This document shows, in pieces, positions 1-12,153 of a stretch of DNA of 64,000 bases. Position numbers and translations under genes: made by a program. Source of the DNA: Azolla caroliniana. Lineage: Eukaryota; Plantae; Polypodiophyta. The stretch covers positions 5,580,001-5,644,000 of the forward strand of contig JBHGNT010000017.1 of NCBI GenBank assembly GCA_043228905.1, given 5' to 3'. The notes under the pieces are model-generated. The model made no database searches and was not told where the DNA came from. It saw only the letters and a list, made by a program, of their open reading frames with translations. Numbering within the stretch: position 1 is the first letter of the stretch; every line of letters starts with the position of its first letter.

Positions 1-635
1 AGTGTTTTTAGAATTCAAGGTATTGAAGTCTACAAGAATATAAGGTATGGTGCGTTCACATCCGGAGGGCAAGATCACGAGCTAAGGTCTTGAGGATAAG
101 TCAAACAAAAAGCAAGTCACGTGGAGAAAAGTAAAAGAAGAAAAAAGCGGGCACCAAAATGCAGTCTACAACGAACGCTCATAACTCATTCGTTTGGAAG
201 CCAAATATAATGTGTAAATATGGGTTGGAAAGTTTGTGAAGAGAGCTATCCGTAGCTTTTTAAAACTCTAAATTTGGAGCATGGATGAGGGAGATATGAC
301 GATTAGAAGATCGTTGTGTCATAGCTAAGAATAGGAGATGGAAAAGCTGTAAAAAAAGCGTGGAAAAGAAAGCAAGCGAAACTTATCTACTAGAGGAAAA
401 CTTCATATAAAGCAAGAAGAGTGAGGTGGTGAGGGGAGTTTTTTTTCTTGTGGTGTTTTTTCTTGCCTATTCATGTAGTGTGTTTTTTCTAGTGATCAAT
501 TCATCTTTGTAGGCTTGAGTTTATGTATCTTCTTTCTCTTGTTTCTATGATCATCACTCCTTATTAATATATCTTTGTAGATTTGGGTTTCTATATCTTC
601 CTTCTCTCTCTTTTCTATCATCATCTCTCTTTTCA
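1..635. mobile_element. Right-hand part of an LTR (element X, family unassigned) inserted into the 3' LTR of copia B
   Basis: Homology of B's 3' LTR to its 5' LTR (12096-12153) stops abruptly at 636. The upstream sequence ends in ...TTTTCA (635) and has a TATA-like CATATAAAG (~404) and a degenerate ~69-bp tandem repeat (503-630). The left end and TSD are outside the window. Confidence 0.5.
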
Positions 636-865
636 CATAGATTCTCAAAAGGTGTGTTCACACGATGTGTTATGTTGAGCTTAATTCTCAACACGCCCCC
701 TCAAGCTCAAGTCGGGTTGGTTCCTTTCTATTGATGTCCACTTCGGTTGGTATCCGGTTCGGACAATCTCCGGCGTCTGCTTTGGCTCGTACCCGGTTCG
801 GACGATATCCGGTTCTCACTTGTACTCCCCTTCAAGCTTGGCAAGTCAGGGATCGTCAATCCAAG

Positions 866-1173
866 TGTTGAGCGGCAAGCTCAACCGGAGCCGGATCGGC
901 TGAATAAGCCGGAGCCGGTAAGCGAAACGGATCGGTATTACGGTGAGCAACCGAACCGGCAAGCAGTGGAGGCCGGTGCAATCCGTAAACGGGAGTCCAA
1001 TCGGAAGCCTAGTATAGGATAGACTACCAGGTAGCTATAGTCTCGTAGTAAGTGTCAGATGCTCGTGTGAGCATTGAAGTACATGGTACTTCTGTCAGTC
1101 TCAAGAGGACTTGTATAAATAGTGCTACTTAGCACAGTGTGCGTACGAAGTCTTGATATAATTTCGAACTTGT

Positions 1174-1210
<37 letters not shown>

Positions 1211-1250
1211 TGTTCTCTGTTTTACGCTTCCGCAAACACTTACGTTTTCA
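866..1250 (+). repeat. 5' LTR of element A
   Basis: Direct repeat of 6382-6780; TGTTGAG...TTTTCA; TATAAATA at ~1114. Confidence 0.97.
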
Positions 1251-1344
1251 TGGTATCAGAGGGCGAGGGTTGAGAACCTCTACTGCAGACATTTACTCTT
1301 GTGAAGAAAACCCTAACAGGTCGAAAACAGACACAGTAGAAGAC

Positions 1345-4300
1345 ATGGATAGAGGCATGGCTACGTCGCTCCCGGTGGAGAAGCTCGACAGGAGCAACTA
1401 CGCATCCTGGTCTTACAAGATGCACCAGTACCTGCTTGGACACGGGTACTGGAGTTATGTCGAAGGAGCGAATGATGCGGCGCCAGACTCGGCACACAAG
1501 GACTTCCCGGTATGGGAACAGGCGGCAAGCAGGGTGATGTACTGCTTCGCGTCTAGTGTCGGCGATCAGCTGCTTAGCCACATTCGTGATGCCAAGACAC
1601 CGAAGGATGCTTGGGGGAACCTGAAAAAGGTTTTCGCCACAAGCACCACGGCCCGGAAGCTGCAACTCAGACAGGAGTTGAGCAATGTTCGACAGAAGAA
1701 CATGTCCGTGGCAGATTACACGGGCCGGATAAAGGAGATTTGCGACTCACTCGCCTCTATCAATGTTACCGTAGAGGAAGACGAGATGGTGCAGGTATGT
1801 CTCGGAGGCCTGGCGTCCAAGTTCGGAGCGTTCCGGACTGCGGTGTGTACAAGGGAGAATACCCCCTCATTCTTCGACTTACAGTCGATGCTCCTTGTAG
1901 AGGAGAACCACGCCGGTGCATCTACCAGTGCATCCCCGGACAACCGAATGCTGTACACGGGAATGGATCGGCTCCGTGGGCGTGGTGGAAGAGGTGGGTC
2001 GGCACGCAATGGAGGCGGCCGGCAAGAGCAGGAACGGAGGCACTATGAGCGTGCCGACAGCAGTTCCGGGACTTCCACAAGCAGGGGGAGTCAAGGCGGT
2101 GCCGGAGGCCGGCAAGACAAATCCACTACGGAATGCTGGTACTGTGGCAAAAAAGGCCACAGGGAAAGCGAGTGCTGGAGAAAGCGTGCCGATTCGGACA
2201 AATCCGGATCCGGCAAGACCGGTAAGGATGGCCGACAAATCTCGCACTATGCAAACGGATCAGGAGGATCCGGAACCGGAAAGGCCGGTAAGGGGCCAGC
2301 CTTGGTGATGAATCACAAGGCAAACTCAATGAAGAAGACCACTTCCAAAACAAAGGAAGTGTGGTATGTTGATTCCGGCGCGTCGAACCACATGACGAGC
2401 CACAAAGAGTGGTTCTCCTTTCTGGAGAAACCGGATCAACCAGGAGTAGTCGAAACCGAAGACGACACTCCTCACCCAATCGTGCACGTCGGAGAAGTCC
2501 CTCTAAGCCACGTCGGACAAAAAGGGAAACTGATGAACATATTACACGTTCCGACAATCACGAAGAACCTGGTGTCCGTCGGTCAGATTGTCGACTAGGG
2601 GATGCAGGTGCGGTTTACGCACCTCGGGTGCTTCATTGAGGATGAGGGCGAAGTCATTGCGCAAGGGCGCAGAGACAGGAGGATGTTTATCCTCAACACC
2701 AATGACGTTGGCACCGCTCTATTCGTGAATCGACAGAAGGTCGAGTCGGACATCGATCTGTGGCACAAGCGGATAGGCCACGTCAACTACCGGAGGCTTC
2801 AAGACCTGCAAATGAAACAAGTCGTCTTCGGTTTGCCGAAGTTCAGCGGCCAGGGAGCCGAAATTTGTGAAGCCTGCCAACTTGGGAAGCAACACCGGCT
2901 TCCATTCCCCACCGAACGGAACCGGAGCCGTAACAAGCTCGATCTCATCCATTCGGATGTGTGGGGACCGGCACAAAGTGTAAGCCTTGGCGGGAGCCGA
3001 TACTTCGTCTCCTTCATCGACGACTATACTCGACATACTTGGATCTACCTCATTGAGCGGAAGAGCGAAGTCTTCGACTGTTTCCGGAGCCTCCAAAAGA
3101 TGGTGGAACAGGAATCAGAGAGGAAGATCAAATGCCTTCGGTCGGATGGCGGAAAGGAATATTTTTCCGGCCAATTCACTAGTTATCTGCAACAGAAGGG
3201 AATTCGGCGAGAGTTCAGTTGCAGATACACACCGGAGCAAAACGGTGTGGCCGAAAGGAAGAACCGGACACTTGTCAAAGCGGCAAGGGCGATGCTGGAG
3301 GAGAAGAGCATGCCCCGGTTCTACTGGGCGGAGGCGGTCCGGACAGCCGTCTACATACAAAACCGCATTGGTGACAAGGTGTCAGCTCATGAGCTGTATT
3401 TCGGGCGCAAGCCGAACTTAAGACACCTTCGGATATTCGGAAGCATAACGTATGTGCATGTGTCGGATCAGAAGCGGAGAAAGCTGGATGCAAAATCGGA
3501 AAAATGCATCCTAGTCGGCTATGCTGAAGAGCAAAAGGGGTATAAGTGCTATAACCCCCGGACGAAGGAAGTCCGGGTTAGCCGGGATGTCGAGTTCGAT
3601 GAATCGGCATCCTGGTACTCCATACCGACTCCGACTTCCGATCCTGACCCAATGTCGGAAGATCAGGCCAATCAGCCTGAATCAACCCTGGCAGAGGATG
3701 ATGATGCTGGGACTCGAGATGAGAGTCTGGAATCGTTACGGTTGAGTGGACCGAACGAGCGACTGAGTCGGTTGGACCAATCGAATGAAGAGACGGCAAG
3801 TGGTGGAGACTCTGTTGTGCTCTCCCCGCGCAAGGAACCGAGGAAACGGTTCACGCGCAAAGAGAAGGGGAAAAGGAAGATGCCGGAATTCGAAACCGGC
3901 AACGATGAGTCGGATCGGTGCGTATCCGACTCCGGAAAGGAGAAAGGCGGATCTTCGGCAACGAAGACTGAACTGGCCAAGAAGGGCCTCAAATCAGGTG
4001 ACGATGCGTTGCGCCGATCAACCCGCCAGAAGGATCCCGTCATGCGGTACGGGTACAATGAATACATGGCGCATCATTATGCGTACATGTCTAAGGTAAC
4101 AGAAGTGCGTGAGCCGGAGAGCTACGCAGAAGCGGCAAGGGACGCAAATTGGCGTGCCGCTATGGACGAAGAAATGCGGGCACTCGATGCCAACGAAACT
4201 TGGGACCTAGTTGATCCTCCCCGTCACTGTAAACCGATCGGATGCAAGTGGGTGTACAAGGTCAAGTACAACGCCAACGGTTCTGTTAACCGGTACAAAG

Positions 4301-6387
4301 CCCGGTTAGTGGCGAAGGGATACGCGCAGACCCACGGAATCAACTACGACGAGACCTTCGCTCCTGTGGCGAAGATGACGACGGTTTGTGTGGTACTGGC
4401 GGTTGCTGCGACAAGGGGGTGGCATCTTCACCAGATGGATGTGAAGAACGCCTTCCTTCAAGGAGAGCTTGAAGAAGAAGTCTTTATGACTCAGCCCCCC
4501 GGATTTCAATCGGAGATGAACAAATCGGCGGTATGCCGACTGAAGAAGTCGCTTTACGGCTTGAAGCAAGCCCCCCGAGCTTAGAACGCGAAGATCACGC
4601 ACCGGTTGCGTAAGCTGGGGTTTGCTGTCTCTAAGTCGGACTCTTCATTGTTCATCCAGCAAGGCTCTGACGGTCCGGTATGTATACTCTTGTATGTGGA
4701 TGATTTCGTCATCACCGAACTGGGTCTTCCCGAAATCAACCGCGTCAAGTCCCAGTTGTCGGACGCATTCGAAATGAAGGACCTGGGGGACCTTCATTAT
4801 TTTCTTGGGATCGAAGTGATCCGGACCCCCGACGGCATATTGCTCTCACAACGACATTACGTGCTGAATATGTTGTATAAGTTCGACATGACGGATTGCC
4901 GACCTGTCTCCACACCCCTAGACCGGAACCAGAAGCTCCGTCCCAACTCCGGACCGGCCTGCAATGATAAACGGTTCCGACAGGTTGTCGGAAGCCTGAT
5001 CTACTTAACCATCACCCGACCCGACATTAGCTATCCAATCGGCATGGTAAGTCAGTTCATGCAGAAGCCGACCAAGGAGCACCTTCAGTGCGCACAATGA
5101 ATATTACGGTATGTCAGTGGCACTAAGGACCGGGGACTGCTATACCGGCGAGGTATACCCGAAGAGCTTGTCGGTTACACAGATGCTGACTGGGCCGGCG
5201 ATGCGTCTGATCGCCGCTCCACTTTCGGATACATGTTCTCCATAGGTAGCACGGCCGTTGCGTGGAGCAGCAAGAAGCAACCCACAGTGGCTTTGTCAAG
5301 CACTGAGGCTGAGTACCGGGCCGCTACCGTTGCCACTTGTGAAGCCATTTGGCTTCGGCGACTGCTGCGAGACTTGCGGATCGAGGTACCGACCCCGGTC
5401 CCGATTTACTGCGATAACATGAGTAGCCTGCAGCTCGCCAGGAACCCTGTGTTCCATGCTCGCACAAAGCACATCGAGGTGCACTACCATTTCGTGCGTG
5501 AGCGGGTCCTGAGCGGTGAAGTTGACCTACGGTATGTTCATACGGATCGGCAAGTTGCCGACATCTTCACCAAGCCGCTCGGATCGGACAAGTTGCAGCA
5601 CTTTACCGACATGCTTGGTATTCAGCATCTCGACGTGCCGCACTTGAGGGGGAGAAGCAAGGGCAAAGTCTCTACCGAAATGGGCAAAGGCCAACAAACT
5701 GTTGAACCCGTCGGTAAGAGGAGAGCCGGAAGAAGAGGAGACAAGAAGATAAAGGAAGCCGAGTCGGCGAAGGAAGTCGACACATCTGAGCAGGTCGAAG
5801 CAAGCGGCTGTGAAGAAGAGTTGTGCACTCAAGAAGAGAAGTGCATGCTATGCGGAGGTCATCACGACGGTACTGACCATGATGCGGAGTCGAATGAAGA
5901 ATTCGATTTCGGTTCACCGGTTGAAGAAGCCGAGGGAAGCACGGAGAAGGCCAAGACACGGAAGTGGTCCGATGTGGTGAGAGGCCTGAAGCCGGCGGTC
6001 GAATCGGAGTGTACCGATTCAGACAAGAGCTGGAACGAGTCGGAGACAGCTGACTCGGATCAACAGATGGATCCGGATGAGTCGGATCGACTGAAGGCCA
6101 AGGGGACACGGACACAGCGGAAGTTGATGCCATCGTGGGAGAACCGACGGATCGGCAAGCGCCAGAGTCACGACAACGTGAGTGCTGAGATGGGCCTATT
6201 GAGCAGACATACCGATTGAGAGGGTCGAGGCGCGCAGAACCAAAGGGGTCGCGGCAAACGGGACCGGACCGGACGAGGAGCGCGAGCAAGGCGGAGTGAC
6301 GCCAGGAGAAGTCGGTTGGGAGAACCGACTGCTACAGAGGTCGACACTACGACCCCACCTCGGGTTGAGCTTGAGGGGGAGTGTTGA
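1345..6387 (+). pseudogene. Copia gag-pol polyprotein of A (single frame, four in-frame stops) with a long C-terminal tail
   Basis: ORFs 1207-2598, 2602-4584, 4606-5100 and 5233-6219 are all in one frame. Motifs: Zn knuckle CWYCGKKGHRESEC, protease VDSGAS, integrase HHCC and DDE, RT LYVDD, RNase H YTDADWAG. Stops at 2596, 4582, 5098 and 6217; the frame otherwise runs to TGA 6385-6387 in the LTR. Confidence 0.93.
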
Positions 6388-6689
6388 GCGGCAAGCTCAA
6401 CCGGAGCCGGATCGGCTGAATAAGCCGGAGCCGGTAAGCGAAACGGATCGGTATTACGGTGAGCAACCGAACCGGCAAGCAATGGAGGCCGGTGCAATAC
6501 GTAAACGGGAGTCCAATCGGAAGCCTAGTATAGGATAGACTACTAGGTAGCTATAGTCTCGTAGTAAGTGTCAGATGCTCGTGTGAGCATTGAAGTACAT
6601 GGTACTTCTGTCAGTCTCAAGAGGACTTGTATAAATAGTGCTACTTAGCACAGTGTGCGTACGAAGTCTTGATATAATTTCGAACTTGT

Positions 6690-6741
<52 letters not shown>

Positions 6742-6780
6742 GTTCTCTGTTTTACGCTTCCGCAAACACTTACGTTTTCA
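6382..6780 (+). repeat. 3' LTR of element A
   Basis: Follows PPT CTTGAGGGGGAG and is followed by TSD CCAAG. Confidence 0.97.
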
Positions 6781-9700
6781 CCAAGGTCTAACATGAATTG
6801 TCGAAGCTTGTTGGCTCCAAGGGCTTTCGTGAAGATGTCGATCGTTTGAAGATTCGTGTTGATGTGTAGAAGATCGACATCTCCAGCCTAAACACGCTCT
6901 CGAATGAAGTGATAATGTACTTCGATATGCTTCGTGTGTGCATGGAACATCAGGTTCTGAGCCAGATATTTACTGCTCATGTTGTGGCAGTAAATGGGAG
7001 TTGGATCCTTGATGGGAACACCCAGATCCTTCAAAATCCTCTTGAGCCATACGGCTTTATATGCAGCTACGGCTACGCCCCTATATTCGGCCTCCGTACT
7101 CGAAAGAGTGACGATCGGCTACTTCTTGCTACTCCAAGATATTGCTCCGCTACCAAGTGAGAAGACAAATCTAGAGGTTGATCATCGATTGGCTTTGTAG
7201 CCGGCCCAATCGGCATCCGTATACCCTTCGAGTCGAATGGGTGTGGCCGATGCGTAGAGAATGTTGTAATCCATTGTTCCGCTCACATATCGTAACACTC
7301 GCTTAGCACAATCGAAATGGATATCTCGCAGAGTTTGCATGAATTGGCTAAGAAGGCCGACTCGATAGCTAAGGTCGGGTCGAGTGATTGTGAGATAGAT
7401 GAGGCTTCCCATTAGTTGACGATATTGGGTCGGCTCACACTCTTCCATGCCGGAGTCAACATCCAATTTGAGGTTTCGATCGAGAGGGGTGGCCACGGAT
7501 TTACACTGAGTCATTCCGAACTTGTATAATAAGTTGAGGATGTAGTGTCGTTGGGAGATCATAATGCCAGCCGGAGTCCGAATTACCTCGATGCCTAGGA
7601 AGTAATGAAGCTCCTTCATGTCTGTCATCTCGAATTTGTTGGAGAGAAGGGACTTCACCTTGTTGATGTTGACTAAATGCTCACCTCCAATAACCAGATC
7701 ATCCACGTAGAGGATGATGATAATTAGGCTTCTAGAGTCGTGTCGTACGTAGAGGGAGTTGTCAGATTTCGACATTCGAAAGCCGATTTGATGAAGATAT
7801 TACGTAATCTTCGAACACCAAGCACGCGGTGCTTGCTTGAGGCCGTAGAGTGGCTTCTTGAGTCGACGCACGGCTTTCGGATGAGTACGCGATTCGAAGC
7901 CGGGTGATTGTACCATGTACACCTCCTCTTCTAATTCTCCTTGAAGAAAGGCGTTCTTGACGTCCATTTGGTGGAGGTGCCACCCTTTCACCGCTGCGAG
8001 TGCGATCACGGTCCGCACAGTCATCATCTTTGCCACCAGAGCAAATGTCTCTTCGTAGTCGACTCCATGTGTTTGTGCGTATCCTTTTGCTACGAGTCAA
8101 TCTTTGTAGCGGTTTATAGAGCCATCGACATTATACTTCACCTTGTAGATCCATCTACATCCAATTGCCTTCTTCTGCGGTGAGTGGGGAACGAGATCCC
8201 ATGTCTAATTCTTGGAGAGTGCTTGCATCTCCTCATTCATCGCTTCAACCCATCTAGGGTCTTTCACGACTTCCGAAAACGTTTCCGGCTCCCGTACTAT
8301 CGCTACCTTCATCATAAAGGCGTAATGTTACGCCATATAATCGTTGTAGTCGAATCGGCTTACGAGGTTCTTTTCACGGGTGGATCGACGGAGCTTCTCA
8401 TTTGCGGATACTAAAGCTTTCATCGCTCCATTTGTCCGGATGTCAAGTCCTTCGAACTCACTATCGAGGGAGTGAGTCGATTCGTTGTCGTTGAAGTGAT
8501 CGTCTTAATACTCCGGCATTTTCGCCTTGCCTTTGTCCAGCTTTGAACTCGGCCGAGATGTGCTTTGATTGCTCGGAGGCTCTTGTGGCCCACTAAGCCT
8601 TGTCATAATCAAGCATTCTTCGAACATGTGCGTAAGGCGATCTTCATCTTCTATCTCTTGTTCAGCGGATTCCGGGTCGCGCGGAATCGGAGTCGAAGTT
8701 GTGTCTGGTGCGTACTAAGATGCGGACTTGTCGAAAATGACGTCTCGACTTACTCGAGATTTTCGAGTTGAGGGGTAATAGCACTTGTACCCCTTTTGCT
8801 CCAATGAGTATCCTATGAGGATACATTTCTTCGACTTCGGGTCGAGCTTTTGTCGTTTTTCGTCACAGATGTGGACATACGCAATGGAGCCGAATATCCG
8901 AATATTTGATAGATTTGGCTTCTTTCCGAAAAACTTCTCGTGCAGCGTGAGTTCATGCACGCCGGATGTCGAACACCAATTCATGAGATAGACAACCGTG
9001 TTAGCTACTTCCGCCCAATACGATTTCGGCATGTGCTTTTCGTTAAGCATAGCTCGTGCCACTTCGAGGATGTGCCGATTCTTGCGTTCGGCTACTCCGT
9101 TCTGTTGTGGTGTATGTCGACACGAAAATTCTCATCGAATTCCTTCTTTTCAAAGATACGTCGTAAACTCATCTGAGAAATATTCTTTGCCTCCATCCAA
9201 TTGAAGGCACCGTACGTGTTGACTTGTAGTTTTTTCGACTCCACTCTTGAATTTTTGGAAGTGTCCGAACACTTCGCTCTTTTGCCGCATTGGGTAGATC
9301 CAAGTGTACCTAGAGAAGTCGTCGATAAAGGTCACGTAGTATCGGCATCTACCGAATGTCGTTGTTTGAACCGGTCCCCATACATCGGAACGAATTATGT
9401 CGAGTACGCCATTGCTTACATTCCTCTCCTTCGGAAATGGATGCTAATGTTGCTTGCTGAATTGGCAAGCCGCACATACGTCTTCAATCTCTTTCTCTTT
9501 GAAGGTCGGGAGTCTGATGACAACTCGTTTCGATTGCATCACCTTGAGCTTTTGAAGGTTGATATGGCCAATCCGCTTGTGCCATAACTCTATGTCAGAC
9601 TCAGCTTTTGTGCCTTTTGCAAACATGGCCGATTTCATCTCATGCGAGTCGAGAATGAACATTCGGCCCTCTCTTCGTCCACGCACGATGAGTTGGCCCT

Positions 9701-10979
9701 CTTTTTTGATGAAACAACCGCCTTGATTAAATCGAACTTGCATTCCTTGCTCTACAATTTGGCCAACGAAGACCAAATTCTTCGTGATAGTTGGTACATG
9801 CAAGACATTTTTAATGTAAGTTTGCTTACCTTCTTTTCCGAATGGAACATTGTCGATGTGCCGAATCAGGTGCGTAGTGTCGTCTCCGGTTTCGACATAG
9901 CCGGGTCGGTTTGGTTCTCCAAGTTCTCGGAACCATTCTTGATGGGACATCATATGGTTCGAGGCACCGGAATCGACGAACCATACGTCTTCCGAACCGG
10001 AGGCACTAGTAGAAGTAGAGGCTGACATAGAATTCGCTCTATGTCTCATTACGAATAATCCACCGTAGTCATCGTACTCAGAGTCGGCGGCGTAATTGGT
10101 GAGTTGTCGACTAGTGGAAGCCGACTTGCGCATCTTCTTTCGGCACTCTTCTTTGAGGTGGTCGAATTTGCCGCAATATCCGCATTCGATTGAGGTTTGT
10201 TTGCTCAAACCGGAATGGTGGCTCCCCCTTCTTCCTAAGGTTCCTCGATGGCCTCCATCTTGTTGCCGTAATTGAGAGTTGTTTTCGTAAATCGGGTCTC
10301 GTCCGCCTCGTCCTTGGCCAAATCAGCCTCTTCTTGCACAACCGCGTCCTCTTCCTCCGTCCGAATGCGTGTAGAGCATGTGGCCTTCTAAGGCGTTGCT
10401 CCTTGTTTGAACATGATTTTCTTCGACCAACAACATGGATTGAAGATCGAAGAAGGAGGGCATATTCTCTCATGCTGGTACGGCGGTCCGCATCGCGCCG
10501 AACCGTGGTGCAAGGCCACCGAGGCATATTGGCACCATTTCGTCATCCTCCACATTGACGCTTATCGAGCCGAGTGCATCACAAAGCTCCTTGATCTTCA
10601 AGGTGTAGCTTGTGATGGACATTTCCCTTTGTTGGATGTTGTTCAACTCTTGGCGGAGTTGAAGATTTCTCGCGGTCGTGTTGGCGGCGAAAATCTTTCG
10701 TAGATTCTCCCACACTTCCTTCGGCATCTCGGCTTCTCGAATGTAGCCGAGCATGTGGTCGTGAACACATGTCGCCAAGCAATACATCACTCGGCTTGAC
10801 GCTTGCTCCCATGTTGCGTAGTTGGCGTCTTTCGGGCCGGGTCGGTTTTCTTGTGCTCCTTTGATGCAACCCCAATAGCCTTGGCCGACAAGGTACTACT
10901 GCATCTTGTACTCCCAAGATGCAAAGTTGTTTCGGTCCAACTTCTCGCTAGGGAGAGCGCTCCCCATTTGAGTATTCAT
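6781..10979 (-). pseudogene. Fragmented copia gag-pol of B
   Basis: Minus-strand ORF pieces 10470-10790 (gag), 9444-10208 (PR/INT Zn finger), 8715-9335 (INT), 7182-8036 (RT); the frame continues at 865 and below, beyond insertion A. Confidence 0.9.
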
Positions 10980-11146
10980 TGTCGATTAAGCTTCCTTTCT
11001 TCTTTTCCTTCTCTCTCGAACACGAGCTATGTAGTGGTACTACGATAGCGATGAGCCGGTTATTCTTGAATGTCGGTAGAGAGCACAACACACGATCACG
11101 ATGAGGCGAGTGGGCTAGATCGAGCTACCAAATCACTCTGATACCA

Positions 11147-12153
11147 TGTAAAGAATCGATGGTGATTCTTGTGCAGCGGAATAGATGTGCGTTATGTGGG
11201 TATATGTGTGAGAGGAAAAGAGAGGGGAGAAAAGAGAAATCACGATAGATAAATGAGAGGAAAAGAGAATACTCAAGAAGAAGGTGTATATTTCACAAGT
11301 AGAATAATATATACAAAATGTAGCATAACAAGGAGTCACAACCAACTTAGTATGAAGTGTGAGGAGGGTGCTTTATATATAGTCACCCTCTCTCTTCATT
11401 AACTAACTACTGTTAGGAAATGGGTCCCTCCGGATGGGAAGAGAAGAGTTGAGAAACCGAAATCGTGTAGACAACCAACTCGGAAGACTATACTTGTAAA
11501 TATTCTAAATATGCCCTTATGGGCTACACTTGTAAATAACCCAAAAGGTGTACAAGTATCAGTACTTAGGGCAATCATAATGTTATGATATAGATGAGTC
11601 ATTGTTAAAAAGTCACTTATAAGGGTGTTGCCTCTATAACTATGTAACAGTAAGTGAGTGAGAGTGAGAGAGTGTGCAACTGTGTAGCCGTTTGTTGACA
11701 AAGTAGAATCTTGAGGTCGTTGCCTCAGAGCTTCTAGTTGTACTCCTCCTTTTAGCATAGTGATTCTGTTTCACGGGGTTTGTGGACCCCCGTGGTTTTC
11801 CCATTTCGGGTTTCCACGTTAAGATCGTGTGTCTCTATCTCTAGTGCTATTTTTGTTTTTCGTACTCTGTCTGAGTGCATTTTACTTTACGTTTCCCTGC
11901 ACTCGAACATCCAAACGATAAGTCAGTTGTGGTCGGTCACGGTTCTCAACAACAACCACTCTCTCTCTTGGGGAATGTGAAGACTCATAGTCATGGGGAA
12001 TATGTAACTCATTAGTTATGTGTCATAGAATATGATTCTATGACAAATAGTTAATGTGTAGAGAGTAGTGGTGTGACTCTTGACCTTTGAGTAATCATAT
12101 ATTCTCAAAAGGTGTGTTCACACGTTGTGTTATGTTAAGCTTGATTCTCAATA
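11147..12153 (-). repeat. 5' LTR of element B (interrupted by a solo LTR)
   Basis: Adjacent to the PBS; both ends match the LTR of C (13217-13574) and the remnant 636-693. Confidence 0.88.
11411..11954 (+). mobile_element. Solo LTR of a Tork/Tnt1-like copia related to element E
   Basis: Starts TGTTAGG and shares GTCCCTCCGGATGGGAAG, GGCTACA-TTGTAAATA, ACTTAGGGCAA and CCGTGGTTTT...TTTCCACGT with the E LTRs; ends ...CAACA. TSD is ACTAC / AC(C)AC with one mismatch; the right end could be 11951. Confidence 0.78.

Larger units (their letters stand above)
866..6780 (+). mobile_element. Full-length Ty1/copia LTR retrotransposon A, nested in the RNase H end of B
   Basis: LTRs 866-1250 and 6382-6780 (TG...CA, ~3 substitutions plus a CT-microsatellite length change); perfect TSD CCAAG (861-865 / 6781-6785); PBS TGGTATCAGAG at 1251; PPT 6370-6381. 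Confidence 0.97.
636..12153 (-). mobile_element. Ty1/copia LTR retrotransposon B (degenerate; host of A, X and a solo LTR)
   Basis: 5' LTR 11147-12153; PBS TGGTATCAGAG (Met-i tRNA type) ending at 11146; gag-PR-INT-RT-RH order on minus ([32 protein letters not shown]); PPT 694-705; visible 3' LTR remnant 636-693. Confidence 0.92.

Noticed and set aside
2596-2598. TAG between the gag-PR and INT ORFs of A as programmed readthrough
   Set aside because: Sister element D has CAG at the same codon (GAC CAG GGG), so it is a point mutation.
5655-6381. Env-like extra ORF in A/D
   Set aside because: The region is in frame with Pol, highly charged, and has no hydrophobic or transmembrane segment.
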